Positions 29,937 to 39,877 are shown, counted from the first letter of the stretch. The stretch: 64,000 nt of DNA from a virus (IMGVR_UViG_3300034101_006325:64001-128000), one strand, 5' to 3'. Program-made: numbers and translations. The notes: generated by a model from the letters alone, not told the origin.

Positions 29937-30601
29937 TCCTCATCGTAGAAAGAAGAACCGGCACCAGTTTGATCTCCTTTTTCAGAGACTTCTTTTGGTC
30001 CTGTGATAGGTGAGTCGAGGACTCCATTTTTTACAAGGTCTCGGACGTCACCATTGGGATTGTTTGGATCTTCATCAATGCCGCGCTGTTGTGTAAAATT
30101 CTTTTGAACAGCATCCGCGTCTGTGTAAGAAATGTCTGTTGGGCCAATGATTGGCGCATCAAATTGAGCCTGACGAGACTTGGTGCCAACAATTCTAACA
30201 CCGTCTTTGTGTTCAGGCATGCCGTAGATATTTCTCATAAAATTGCGTTCGGTGATCTCATAAAAAATATCGGAAAAAGAAAAGAAATCTCCTATGTTAA
30301 CGTTTATTCCTTTTTCAACAAGATCTCTATGTTGGATGTATACCTCTATTTTATATTGTGCGTCAATTCCAAATTTGTCTATTCTGGTGTCTGTTTGAAA
30401 GTTGTTGTCAACAAGTGCGTCAAGAATAATAGGATTATCCCAGACCTTTTTTACTGCTTCGTTGTAAACACCGTGTGTTTTTGTTTTTATTTCAGATATA
30501 GGATAGTAAATGATTTTTTGACCAATTACATCTTTGACTATCTCTTTGGTGATGTCCGATATAAAATTAACTTCTCGTGGGGTGATGAATAGTCTAGCCA
30601 T
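29933..30601 (-). CDS. Neck / head-closure protein (gp14-like)
   Basis: KEIVKDVIGQKIIYY, HGVYNEA, KFGID, GDFF...FYEI; 4-nt overlap with the downstream gene. Confidence 0.75.
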   Translation of the reverse strand: MARLFITPREVNFISDITKEIVKDVIGQKIIYYPISEIKTKTHGVYNEAVKKVWDNPIILDALVDNNFQTDTRIDKFGIDAQYKIEVYIQHRDLVEKGINVNIGDFFSFSDIFYEITERNFMRNIYGMPEHKDGVRIVGTKSRQAQFDAPIIGPTDISYTDADAVQKNFTQQRGIDEDPNNPNGDVRDLVKNGVLDSPITGPKEVSEKGDQTGAGSSFYDED

Positions 30602-30608
30602 AATTGCC

Positions 30609-31784
30609 TTAGCCGATTGTTATAGATTTTCCAAGCGGCATTGGAATGTATTTTAATTGTTTTTGAAGATTTTCGGCAGCCAATGCATCATTCTCAAGCA
30701 TCTTTTGATGCGTCAAATTCTCAAGGAACTCCTTCATTTGCGTCACAAGCTTTTCTTTGTCCTCACGACCTTGTGAAACAAGGGCCTCGCCGTTGAGTTG
30801 AAGCTCAGCATTAGGAATAGGAATATTCTGAAATTTTGACCTAATCAAACCTAACAGTTCTTTGCACAGTGCAAGTGTGTACTGTCTAATCCATTGCCGA
30901 CCAGGTTGATTAATCGAAGTGAAAGGTATGTTTCCTAGCGGGAAATTGCTCGGACCAGACACACCGCTGATAGAATCGTCCTTGTATGCTGGATTGTATG
31001 GATCTTTTGGTGGCATGACTTTTATGTACAGCCTACCTGTCTGAAGATCTGTCGTGGGTATTGGGAATATTCTAAGCTTTGTTCCTAACACCTCATAGCT
31101 GTAATTAGATCTTCTCACCCTGAATGCTGATTCAAGCATGCTTCTTCTCAAAACATCCTCAAAAATTGGCAGCACATAAAAAACCGTTGAATTGACATAG
31201 GACTCATAATTAAAATTGGTTGCCAAAAAATTTGTAATGTTAGAAGCATTCAAAAGAAAAGTCTGCGCTGCAAGAGGCTCAAAGTGAAATATTTCAACAA
31301 TTTTCATCTTGCCTTGTGAGCCCGATGGAAGCGAATTGAAAACATTGGATCCAGAGACTGCATCCTTTAGTTCTGTATAGATGTCATAATCTTGACGGCC
31401 GCTCACCAAGTCAAGATATCCAAGAGTCGCATTCTGAGAGCCTCCAACAAATGCCTCAGTGGCATATGCTTCCGCTTTGCGAAGAAGAAATTCAAGCGAC
31501 TGTCTCGCGTATTTATTTGTATAGTCAGCGGATCCAGTGGGAAGACCCAAGACGGTCGTCATTTCTGATCTTATCTTTGTCTCGTGCAAGAGTCGGCTGT
31601 ATTCACAGGCAGCTTCCTCAAAACAAGCCCATATTTCTTTCTTCGTCAACTCGACAGACAAAACATCGTCTCCGAGCTTTCTTTTGACGAAAGTTACCAT
31701 GGCGTCCGCCTCTGTCTGAAAAGCTGCGTCGCTATCAAAAAATGCAAAAGGTGTAGGGTTGACGATATCGTTGAAGCCTGGCAT
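30609..31784 (-). CDS. Neck / head-tail adaptor protein (gp13-like)
   Basis: RKLGDDVLSVELT, WIRQYTLALCKELLGLIRSKF, IPIPNAELQLNG motifs. Confidence 0.78.
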   Translation of the reverse strand: MPGFNDIVNPTPFAFFDSDAAFQTEADAMVTFVKRKLGDDVLSVELTKKEIWACFEEAACEYSRLLHETKIRSEMTTVLGLPTGSADYTNKYARQSLEFLLRKAEAYATEAFVGGSQNATLGYLDLVSGRQDYDIYTELKDAVSGSNVFNSLPSGSQGKMKIVEIFHFEPLAAQTFLLNASNITNFLATNFNYESYVNSTVFYVLPIFEDVLRRSMLESAFRVRRSNYSYEVLGTKLRIFPIPTTDLQTGRLYIKVMPPKDPYNPAYKDDSISGVSGPSNFPLGNIPFTSINQPGRQWIRQYTLALCKELLGLIRSKFQNIPIPNAELQLNGEALVSQGREDKEKLVTQMKEFLENLTHQKMLENDALAAENLQKQLKYIPMPLGKSITIG

Positions 31785-31798
31785 TTCTACTCCAACTA

Positions 31799-31805
31799 TA
31801 AGTAT
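31799..31805 (-). promoter_or_regulatory. ATACTTA putative late-promoter motif upstream of the gp13-like gene
   Basis: Recurrent motif followed by a GGAG SD. Confidence 0.55.
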
Positions 31806-31823
31806 CGATCAATTCATCTACAA

Positions 31824-32225
31824 TTATTTTAAACGTCCAATTGCCTGACAAAGATCCGCACTTACCTCATAATTTGGCGACATTTTTTTTGAATCCCACG
31901 ACACAACGGTGGAATTCTCGTCAGGCAATACGACATAAGGAACAGGGTCGGCATGCAAATCCTTTGTCCTGAGAGCTGCCGTGCAGCCCGACAAATAATC
32001 GGAATAATTGTCCTCTAGATAACCATAAAAATTTGGAAAAGTTTTTTTAATGTCATCCATGGACGATTTTTTCATGCCAGAGATGTAGATTCCAACGATT
32101 TGCTCTCTAATAAAAAGACGCAGACCCTCCTCAACATTGACTTTTTCCTCGTCAAGATCTTCAGGATTGTCTGCGTTGGTCAAAGTTTTGCGCGAGGCAA
32201 AAGGCTTGTAACCTGTCATCGTCAT
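31824..32225 (-). CDS. Hypothetical protein
   Basis: 133-aa ORF with 4-nt overlap coupling to the upstream gene. Confidence 0.6.
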   Translation of the reverse strand: MTMTGYKPFASRKTLTNADNPEDLDEEKVNVEEGLRLFIREQIVGIYISGMKKSSMDDIKKTFPNFYGYLEDNYSDYLSGCTAALRTKDLHADPVPYVVLPDENSTVVSWDSKKMSPNYEVSADLCQAIGRLK

Positions 32226-32794
32226 TTCTGGAATTTTTCTTTGAGCGATGAGTATTTTTCTCTCAACATCGATTCTGTGGACTTCTTCTTGTCCTTGTTG
32301 CCCTGATCATTCTGAAGGGTCTTGACAGTTTGTGTCTGTTGAACTTGGCGAACAACAGGCTTCTCTTCAGGAGCCTCAATAACTACAGGTCTTGGCTCGG
32401 GACGAGTTGCCTGAACGACTCTTATTGGTGCAGCAGTCACTCTCACATCAAACTTAGGTGCTGCTGGGGCAACCTGGATGGATTCTGCGAATACCTTCAC
32501 GGGCTTCTTAAAATTTAATTGAAACTGCACGGGAGAAAAGTATCTATTCTCTATTAGGACTTCCACGCGAGCAGAATATGTTCCTTCGTCAATTTTGTCC
32601 TTCATCTGAGGAATGACGAACTGCACAACGCCCTCTTCGCCTGTCCCTCTGCCCGAGAACATATACGACACATCATTGCTCTCGCAAATTAGTCGAACCT
32701 TCGCAGGAGAATTGGCGCCTTCAACTTTGATCTTAAAGGCCAGCTCATTGGCCTCTTCCATGTCAAGTGTAACTGTTTCTGTAAGCTGTTCCAT
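32222..32794 (-). CDS. Hypothetical protein (beta-rich N-terminus, charged tail)
   Basis: 190-aa ORF; ATAATTA motif at 32801-32807. Confidence 0.7.
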   Translation of the reverse strand: MEQLTETVTLDMEEANELAFKIKVEGANSPAKVRLICESNDVSYMFSGRGTGEEGVVQFVIPQMKDKIDEGTYSARVEVLIENRYFSPVQFQLNFKKPVKVFAESIQVAPAAPKFDVRVTAAPIRVVQATRPEPRPVVIEAPEEKPVVRQVQQTQTVKTLQNDQGNKDKKKSTESMLREKYSSLKEKFQK

Positions 32795-32806
32795 CGGTCT
32801 TAATTA

Positions 32807-33175
32807 TTACTTAATTCTGCTAATTGTGATTTTTATATCATTAAAAATATTGCGAACTTTTGAAGAAATGCTGCCAGCAAGTGTAACGGCAATTCTCTTT
32901 GCCTTGTCTATGCCGATTTTTACGTAACCTTGGACATTTTGTTGAGGACGCTGATCATTAACTCTAATAAGTTTGGCCCAAACAATTACTTCTTCTAGCC
33001 CATCTTTAATGTACTTGGCGCCGTCGCCAGCTTTTTGCTTTATAAGCTGAATGAATTTTCTAAATCCGCCGCCGCCGGATGCAACAAGCCTCATATTTGG
33101 ACCCATTCCTCGTGTAAGAGTCCTATGAATTACCCTGGGCTGGCCCGGTTTAGGTATCAGCTGTGGGTTGGACAT
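32807..33175 (-). CDS. Hypothetical basic protein
   Basis: 122 aa; start overlaps the stop of the upstream gene by 1 nt. Confidence 0.65.
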   Translation of the reverse strand: MSNPQLIPKPGQPRVIHRTLTRGMGPNMRLVASGGGGFRKFIQLIKQKAGDGAKYIKDGLEEVIVWAKLIRVNDQRPQQNVQGYVKIGIDKAKRIAVTLAGSISSKVRNIFNDIKITISRIK

Positions 33176-33705
33176 TAGATGACCTTACGTCTATCGAAGA
33201 CAGCATCCATCGATGGATCGCCATTTTCATCGAATAGATCGAATCGACAAATTTCTGTCAAATTGTCATCCTTATAAAATATCATCTGATAATTTTCAAT
33301 CTTCCAGCGGCCGGCGGACATCTGGAATGTATCGTCTAATTTGTCCAAGATTAAGTCTATCTTGTTGTTGAGCGATCCTGCAACGATGGTATTTTCAATC
33401 GTGTTGAGTTTATCATAAATTGTATCGGGCAAATTCTCTTCAGTATTATGCTGCTCCGATGCATAATAAGTCTCTGCAAAAGTCGACCCTGTATCCCACA
33501 AAATTTGTCCTCTAAACTCATCCGGAAATGTAATATATGCGGCATATATTCCAGGAGCAGTTTGGTGGACTCCTAAAGTAGTTCGAGCAGTTACAACACT
33601 ACCCTCGTAATTTAAAAGTTGATATCCCACACCCGCAGAACCCGTGGCATTCAATTTAGATCTACCGAAATTAACAATTCTAAGTTGCTGAAAAGTTGCA
33701 GTCAT
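33175..33705 (-). CDS. Putative virion structural protein
   Basis: GVHQTAPGIYAAYI and GRWKIENYQMIFYKDDN..EICRFDLFD motifs. Start moved to ATG 33705. Confidence 0.65.
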   Translation of the reverse strand: MTATFQQLRIVNFGRSKLNATGSAGVGYQLLNYEGSVVTARTTLGVHQTAPGIYAAYITFPDEFRGQILWDTGSTFAETYYASEQHNTEENLPDTIYDKLNTIENTIVAGSLNNKIDLILDKLDDTFQMSAGRWKIENYQMIFYKDDNLTEICRFDLFDENGDPSMDAVFDRRKVI

Positions 33706-33880
33706 GGGAATTAATATAAAATTATACAATTATAAGAATTTGTTCAGACAAAATTATTGTTTCAAATATGAAACCTTATGTTTAATTAATTCAAATTATT
33801 GCAATAGTTATCTTTGAGGGTATTTACAAATTCCTCAAAACATGCAATAATGAAAATGTTACTAGCCATAACAATCGCCG

Positions 33881-33915
33881 GCTGAGGGAATAAACAATAT
33901 TCCCTCAGCTTTTTT
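33881..33915 (+). terminator. Intrinsic terminator oriented on the + strand (antisense to flanking genes)
   Basis: GCTGAGGGAATA-aacaa-TATTCCCTCAGC perfect 12-bp stem followed by TTTTTT on the + strand only. Confidence 0.6.
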
Positions 33916-34508
33916 CATTTGGCTGACTTCTTTTTTCTATTTTCCTTGAGCCTCTGCACTGTCTTGGCTAAAGGACCGACTTCATCGGGGCGAGGTTTTC
34001 TACCTCTTTTTGTTTTTTTGTCTTCTGTTTCCTTAACAACATCTGTGGGTGGAACAGTAAAAGACTCTACTTTTTCCTCGACGGGAGTCAATAGATTTAG
34101 CAAGTTTTGCTTCTCAATCTCGGTTTTTTTGAAGGAATACATGTCTTGCTGCAGCTTTAATAATTTTATTGAGTTATCGATCGCAGATAGCTCTCCTATC
34201 TTCACATTAAGCTGCGCAGTTTTGTCCGACGTAAATTTTTTCAAGACTTCCTGAGATTTCTGTAACCAATTCCAAACATACTTGACTACTGCGTCAGAAA
34301 CCTGTCCCTTCTTGACTTCTTCAGCTAATTCATCCCTTGACTTTGTCATGAAGCTGTTAAAATTTTCTTGAGACTCTTTCGCAGAAGACGCCGCTCCCGA
34401 CAACAATATTCTTTCATTTTTTTTGTTGACAAGCATTTCTTCAAATTTAGCGCCGACTTCTTTTAATGTCAAAAGTGATTGATCTAATTTTTCTATTTCT
34501 TTGCTCAT
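33915..34508 (-). CDS. Hypothetical coiled-coil protein
   Basis: Start moved to MSKEIEKL (34508), because the track start runs through a terminator; ATATTTA at 34520-34526. Confidence 0.7.
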   Translation of the reverse strand: MSKEIEKLDQSLLTLKEVGAKFEEMLVNKKNERILLSGAASSAKESQENFNSFMTKSRDELAEEVKKGQVSDAVVKYVWNWLQKSQEVLKKFTSDKTAQLNVKIGELSAIDNSIKLLKLQQDMYSFKKTEIEKQNLLNLLTPVEEKVESFTVPPTDVVKETEDKKTKRGRKPRPDEVGPLAKTVQRLKENRKKKSAK

Positions 34509-34530
34509 AGGCTTTAAGGTAAATATCAAT

Positions 34531-34563
34531 AAAAAAGGCGTGGACCTTAAAAAGGTCCACGCC
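34531..34563 (-). terminator. Rho-independent terminator
   Basis: GGCGTGGACCTT 12-bp perfect stem with 3-nt loop and U6 tract on the minus strand, downstream of the 736-aa gene. Confidence 0.85.
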
Positions 34564-34588
34564 CACCTCAAATTAATTTAATTTAATT

Positions 34589-36799
34589 TCAGGGATTTGG
34601 GTCTGCGTTGTGAATGACCACTGTGAGGCGGTCGTCTGCCATTGTGGAGACCTCGAGGTCGAGCTCTGTCACGCTGGTGATCTCGTAGTCGTCGCCGTAT
34701 GCAAGGCGCACGCCGTTGAGATAGACGTCCATTGCAACCTTCTTTGCAGCTGCGTCAGCAATTGATGCTGTGCGAAGTGTTCCAACAGAGCTGAAGTCGA
34801 TTGCAACGCCAGCAGCTACAACTCCTGGGAGGAATGAATCCTGCTTGAAGTTGCCGCCGCCGCCTGCTGCGACGATTGCCTGGACGAGCGTCATGCCGGG
34901 GAACTGAGCGTCGAAATCTGCCCAATCGCCCGATTCCATGAAGCTGATTCCTGTCTCGCCGTCGGCTGCAAGGAAGAGCTCTCCACCAGAAGAACCTGCC
35001 TGGAGGATGAGGTCCTTGCCGCTTTCTGCTGAAAGTTTTGCGCCTGATGCATCAGCTGCGAATGAACCGCTCTGTGCACCCTCGAGGGCGCCGACCTTGA
35101 TCTCTGACATCCATGCTGGGACGAGTTCTGCGCCGTTGACGCCAACGCTGTTGTCGCCATCGACGTCAGCGTGGTCTGGTGATGTGTGTGCGAGCTTGGC
35201 GAAGACGAACTCACCAGCTCCGCCGTCCTGAGCAAGCATTAGGTCTGCCGAAGCGCCTGCACCGCCGTGGAGGACGATACCGGAGTTTTCAGCGCCTGTG
35301 CTACCAGTTGCGAGGTGGATGAATGCATCTTGCACCTTGAGGTTTGTTGTCTCGATGTAGGTCATTGCGCCCTTGACATAGAGATCACCAGCAACGTGGA
35401 CGTCACTCTTGAAGAATGCGTCGTCGCCGTTGAGCTCGAGGACGACGTTTCCTGCCGATGACTTGAGTTCGTTGCCCATCAACTTGAGGTCGCCAGCGAT
35501 TGTGACGTCGCCACCGCTCTCGAGGGTGATGTTGAGGCCAGCCGAACCCGAGATGTCGTTGCCAGCAACCTTGAGGTCGCCGCTTGCTTCAACGATATCG
35601 CCAGTGAGAAGTAGCGTTCCTGCTGTTGCGCTGGAGATCGACATGCTGTTCGAGAGAGTGATGTCTCCGCCCTTGACTTCGAGGTCAGACTGAAGCTCGA
35701 GTGAACCCGACACGTAGAGGAGCGACTGGTCGAACCAGAGCTTGGCTTCGTCCTTGATTGATCCATCTTCGTCGACAATGTAGAGACGCTTAGCAACGTC
35801 GTTGTCGATCGAGACCTTCTTTACAGTGAGGTCGCCGTCGACGTCGAGGTCGCCGGTGAACGAACCGCTCACTGCTGAGAGGTCGCCGGTGAGTGTCACG
35901 TTGACTGCGTCGATGTCCTGAGCAACTGTGAGTGAGCCGCTGACGCCGAGGTTAGCTGCCATGAAGACGTCTGACTGGAAGTCTGCAACGCCGTCGACGT
36001 TGAGCGTGCTGTCGAAGTCAACAGCCTGTGTCACTCCCATTGTTCCTGAGACCTCGAGGCGATCTCCTGCAACTGTGAGGCCTTGAGCAACTTCCATTGC
36101 GCCGCTGACGTAAAGGTCAGCTGCCATATAGACGTCTGCAGCGAAGTCAGAAACTCCGTTTACAGCGAGTGTACCGCTGAGTCCTGTTGCGCCTGCCACG
36201 TAAAGAGCACCGAGGTCGGCGGTGCCTGATACGTCGAGGGCTCCAGTGATGTCGAGCGAGTCATTGCTGAAGATTAGTTTTCCTTCTTCAGCGATTTCGC
36301 CTGCTCCACCGACGAGGTAGAGGGCGCCTGCTGGGGCGTCGCCATCGATCTTGATGACCGAAGCTGAGAGCGTGCCATCCACATCGACGATTGCTCCTGT
36401 GAAATGTGCGTCGCCGCCGACATCGAGTGTGCTCTGGAGGTTGACTGCACCCTGGAAGTCAGCTGAGCTGTTGACATCGAGATCGCCACCGAGCTGCATG
36501 CCTGCTGAGCCTGTGATGGCTGCATCGAATGTTGCAACGCCTGTGACGTCGAGTGTTCCTTGGAAGTCTGCATTTGCACCGGACATGTGCACTGCTGCAT
36601 AGATGTCTGCGAGGTCCTGTGAACCGCTGAGTGCATCGTACCAGTTTGTTCCACCGATGATCTTGTTGATCTGTGAACGGAGGGCGTCGAGGTCGCCTAC
36701 GAGTGTCTGCTTGTATGCAAGGCTGGAGCCTGCTGCCAATGTATCATTAAATTCTAATGAACCACTAATTTGTGATTGCTGAACAAATGTCTTTGCCAT
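34589..36799 (-). CDS. Abundant fibre-like virion protein with GxLxVxG beta-repeats
   Basis: Many GxLxVxG/ADFQG repeats; IKVQDAFIHLATG..SGI motif; capsid-like codon bias; own promoter motif and terminator. Confidence 0.65.
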   Translation of the reverse strand: MAKTFVQQSQISGSLEFNDTLAAGSSLAYKQTLVGDLDALRSQINKIIGGTNWYDALSGSQDLADIYAAVHMSGANADFQGTLDVTGVATFDAAITGSAGMQLGGDLDVNSSADFQGAVNLQSTLDVGGDAHFTGAIVDVDGTLSASVIKIDGDAPAGALYLVGGAGEIAEEGKLIFSNDSLDITGALDVSGTADLGALYVAGATGLSGTLAVNGVSDFAADVYMAADLYVSGAMEVAQGLTVAGDRLEVSGTMGVTQAVDFDSTLNVDGVADFQSDVFMAANLGVSGSLTVAQDIDAVNVTLTGDLSAVSGSFTGDLDVDGDLTVKKVSIDNDVAKRLYIVDEDGSIKDEAKLWFDQSLLYVSGSLELQSDLEVKGGDITLSNSMSISSATAGTLLLTGDIVEASGDLKVAGNDISGSAGLNITLESGGDVTIAGDLKLMGNELKSSAGNVVLELNGDDAFFKSDVHVAGDLYVKGAMTYIETTNLKVQDAFIHLATGSTGAENSGIVLHGGAGASADLMLAQDGGAGEFVFAKLAHTSPDHADVDGDNSVGVNGAELVPAWMSEIKVGALEGAQSGSFAADASGAKLSAESGKDLILQAGSSGGELFLAADGETGISFMESGDWADFDAQFPGMTLVQAIVAAGGGGNFKQDSFLPGVVAAGVAIDFSSVGTLRTASIADAAAKKVAMDVYLNGVRLAYGDDYEITSVTELDLEVSTMADDRLTVVIHNADPNP

Positions 36800-36873
36800 A
36801 ACTTTATCATCCTTTGTTGCGGGGACTTAATCCCCTGTCTGTACGTACTTGGGAAGCTCATCTTCCCAAATTG

Positions 36874-36880
36874 TAAATAT
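36874..36880 (-). promoter_or_regulatory. ATATTTA putative late promoter followed by two 5'-UTR hairpins
   Basis: Motif followed by UUGGGAAG-AUGAG-CUUCCCAA and GGGGA-UUAAG-UCCCC hairpins before the SD/ATG at 36799. Confidence 0.5.
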
Positions 36881-36949
36881 ACTTGATGATAAAAATAAAC
36901 GATTAAATTTTTAAATTTCATTGACGATCTATGCAAAATATAATTTTAT

Positions 36950-37939
36950 TTAGTAAGGATAAGTCGCCGATAAATTGCTTCCTTCCACAGGAGCAGTTTT
37001 GAGTATTACGGTGTTGCTAGAAGCCAAAAAGTCGTAATTTTCTCCTTGGATCTGTAGAATTCCGTTGACATAGAACATCAGACCGCTCAATGGATAAGGA
37101 GAGTGTTGCAAAGTAAAGACAACGTTGGCACCATCAATATCTCCTACTGGTGTTTCAGCCCACGACACATATTTGCCAGGCGTAGAAGCAGGCTGATATG
37201 TGTAAGTGGCTGTTAAATTGCTACCTTGATTGGGTGCATTTAAAAGCGCGACAGTGTTGTCTGTCAACGTATAATCATAACTATTACCTTGCTTTTGCAG
37301 CACTCCATTGACAAAAAACATTAAAGAAGTTACTGGAACTGGGGAGGCAGAAAGCTCAAATACCATATTAATTCCATCAATATCACCCGATGGTGTTTCC
37401 ATCCATGCGATGTCTGTATTCTGAACAGGCGGAGTCGGAGGCGAAGGATCTATTGTAGATGATATTGTTATCTGGCCGTTGGATCCTGTCGTTATAGAAA
37501 TATTTTGTCCGGCGACGAGGTAAGGTGATCCATCTGAAAGGGTTGTAAGAGATCCTGATACATTTGTTACTGTCAGTGTTGATGTGTTTTTATTAAAAAC
37601 AAAATTGGTATTTCCACCAAAGTAACCGCCGTCGTTAAATTGTACGTGAGTATTTGATCCTCCTGGGTCAGTTGATCCGCTGCCTCCGCCGCCAGCAACA
37701 AATTCAACAAGATCAGAATCATCAATGCCGTCTCTGTACCAGAATTTCCTTGAAACACCGTTGACAATGAGACGAACCTCCATCGACTGAAATCTAATGG
37801 CGGCTGGAATTGCGGAATTGGCATCGGAAACAGCAGTTGCAACATCAACAGCAGAAAATGGACCCGACCATGAGTCAACGGGTGCCGGATTGACCGGCTG
37901 AATTCCAAAAGGAAGCTGTAATCCTGTAATTACCGACAT
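36950..37939 (-). CDS. Virion protein with two tandem ~75-aa beta-sandwich repeats
   Basis: Repeats WMETPSGDIDG...MFFVNGVLQKQG..YDY and WAETPVGDIDG...MFYVNGILQIQG..YDF. Confidence 0.7.
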   Translation of the reverse strand: MSVITGLQLPFGIQPVNPAPVDSWSGPFSAVDVATAVSDANSAIPAAIRFQSMEVRLIVNGVSRKFWYRDGIDDSDLVEFVAGGGGSGSTDPGGSNTHVQFNDGGYFGGNTNFVFNKNTSTLTVTNVSGSLTTLSDGSPYLVAGQNISITTGSNGQITISSTIDPSPPTPPVQNTDIAWMETPSGDIDGINMVFELSASPVPVTSLMFFVNGVLQKQGNSYDYTLTDNTVALLNAPNQGSNLTATYTYQPASTPGKYVSWAETPVGDIDGANVVFTLQHSPYPLSGLMFYVNGILQIQGENYDFLASSNTVILKTAPVEGSNLSATYPY

Positions 37940-37946
37940 TTTCTAC

Positions 37947-39314
37947 TCATGCTCTCGTGACTCTATGACGATGATTGGAAGTATATGGAATGGCATTTGT
38001 CATGATATAGACATCGTAAGAAATTAATGTTCCTCCGCCATCTTCCACATTAAAAGTATTGAGCACATAGTTGTCAGTAATATTGGCATTCAAAGCGTCA
38101 AGATCAATCACCTCAGTTATGGAAAGAGAACTAGGCATAGCAACCGCAAAATTATTATAAACAGTGCCAGTATTTAAATTAAAAGGATTAGAAGAATCAG
38201 TAAAAACTTTTGATCCAAGACTTCTAACATCAGCCGAAGATGTCGGAGAATTAGAAGCAGGTCCATGAAAAATAACATTTAAAAAGTTAATTGTTGTCGT
38301 TGAAGAATTTGTTGTTTGATATTCATCAGTCACTCTAATTCTATAATATAGAGCAGAATAGGTTTTAAGGGAAGCATCATTATGTGAAGTAGATGGAATT
38401 GGAACAGACGAAGGATTGCCCGACACTACGACATTTGATAATCCCGGTACGTCGGACCACACTGATCCATTAGTCGAATATTGCACAGAATAACCCGTTA
38501 TTGGGACATTTACTCTTTGTCGTGTTATTGTTCCTGTGATGGTGGAGCCAACATTTCCTTTTTCACGCTTCGTGTTAGTTTCTCCTGATACTCCTGATGC
38601 TGAACTAGTCGCAATTGACAGAGAAAATGTAGGTGATGCATAAGCTTGAGGTGTCAAATTAAGCGTTGCTGTGGACAATGCGCCTTGTGTATCTTCGACT
38701 ATGTAACGATAGTTGAGTACTTGCGTAAAAAAAGGTGCAACATTAAAAGTATGGTCGTAATTAAGCGGTGAAGCTGTAGATGTCGTTAAATTCGTCCAGT
38801 CTCCTGCATTTCCTGTCCTAAACTGAAGTGTTGCAGAAGAAATTGAAGCACCTGCGCTATTAATAACATAGGAACCGAGTATGGATGTTGTGACATCGCC
38901 AGTAGTGTTGAATGCTGTTGTTAAAATATTATTTCCCGACAAATTAACAGTGGGATCTATCGGCTCAGCGATCGCCATAAGAATGACTTCAGCAGGCGTC
39001 TTACCTAATGCAGGAATTGTCTCACCAGAGCCATACCTACCAAAGGTCTTTCCTCCTGGCAAAGAAACAGTGAGATTATCTTCAAAAACAAACTCTTCGC
39101 CCGCATTTATGACAAGTTCATTACCCGGCCCATTATCTACGAGAGAAACTCCTGTGCCTGCAGTTAATAATCTTGCATTGGCGGGAATTTCGCCAAGTGA
39201 TCCTGACGGTACAACAAAAGGTGTTGTATTGACATGTGTATCGAGCTGATCATGTGTAAGACTGCCTACATTGTCTAGCTCTTTATGATCATCTACAACC
39301 CTAATCGCAGTCAT
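37947..39314 (-). CDS. Putative tail fibre / Ig-like virion protein
   Basis: 455 aa, Thr/Ser-rich beta-strand sequence with an AGTGVSL linker typical of fibres. Confidence 0.6.
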   Translation of the reverse strand: MTAIRVVDDHKELDNVGSLTHDQLDTHVNTTPFVVPSGSLGEIPANARLLTAGTGVSLVDNGPGNELVINAGEEFVFEDNLTVSLPGGKTFGRYGSGETIPALGKTPAEVILMAIAEPIDPTVNLSGNNILTTAFNTTGDVTTSILGSYVINSAGASISSATLQFRTGNAGDWTNLTTSTASPLNYDHTFNVAPFFTQVLNYRYIVEDTQGALSTATLNLTPQAYASPTFSLSIATSSASGVSGETNTKREKGNVGSTITGTITRQRVNVPITGYSVQYSTNGSVWSDVPGLSNVVVSGNPSSVPIPSTSHNDASLKTYSALYYRIRVTDEYQTTNSSTTTINFLNVIFHGPASNSPTSSADVRSLGSKVFTDSSNPFNLNTGTVYNNFAVAMPSSLSITEVIDLDALNANITDNYVLNTFNVEDGGGTLISYDVYIMTNAIPYTSNHRHRVTRA

Positions 39315-39370
39315 TTCTTAATTCCTTTACGCAAATATACAAATCAATATTTAAAAAGTTTTACAAAGGC

Positions 39371-39408
39371 AAATAAAAAGACCTCTAATGCTATTGCATG
39401 AGGTCTTT
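39371..39408 (-). terminator. Rho-independent terminator ending the tmRNA-containing unit
   Basis: AAAGACCUC-AUGC-AAUA-GCAU-UA-GAGGUCUUU followed by UUAUUU. Confidence 0.7.
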
Positions 39409-39450
39409 CTGACCAAACAAAACTTTAGCGGGAATTAAATATAATTGTGA

Positions 39451-39672
39451 TTACATTCCTGTAACAATAGCCTGCACTGCAGTTTTAACTCTTTCCTGAA
39501 GTTCTTTTGGAAGCGCAGACAGCAGGACATAATCTTCTATTTTTTTTGAATTTGCAGGAATTCCTCCTGCAAACATTTCAGCAGTCGTTGTGACTACTGT
39601 CCTAAGAACGAGAGGCGCTGGTCCTACTCTATTTGACTCTAAAGGTTGATATAAGTCTACTTTTGGATTCAT
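39451..39672 (-). CDS. Hypothetical protein
   Basis: 73-aa ORF, 1-nt gap from the upstream gene. Confidence 0.6.
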   Translation of the reverse strand: MNPKVDLYQPLESNRVGPAPLVLRTVVTTTAEMFAGGIPANSKKIEDYVLLSALPKELQERVKTAVQAIVTGM

Positions 39673-39673
39673 T

Positions 39674-39853
39674 TTAGCCTTTTAAAATTTGTTTATTTTC
39701 GTTCAATGCCTTTGAAGCGCTAAAAAGCTTTTCCTGTAGAAGCGTCAACTTTTTACGAAGATCTTCACAATTTTCGCCTTTAATTTCTTTTGCAGCAATT
39801 AAAATTTTTAGCTCTTCAACTTGTTCCATCAATGCTTCAGTTGTAGCTGACAT
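39674..39853 (-). CDS. Small coiled-coil hypothetical protein (59 aa)
   Basis: Start MSATTEALMEQ at 39853 with GAGG SD. The longer track start lies inside the tmRNA. Confidence 0.65.
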   Translation of the reverse strand: MSATTEALMEQVEELKILIAAKEIKGENCEDLRKKLTLLQEKLFSASKALNENKQILKG

Positions 39854-39877
39854 AATAACCTCTATTATACTATATAG

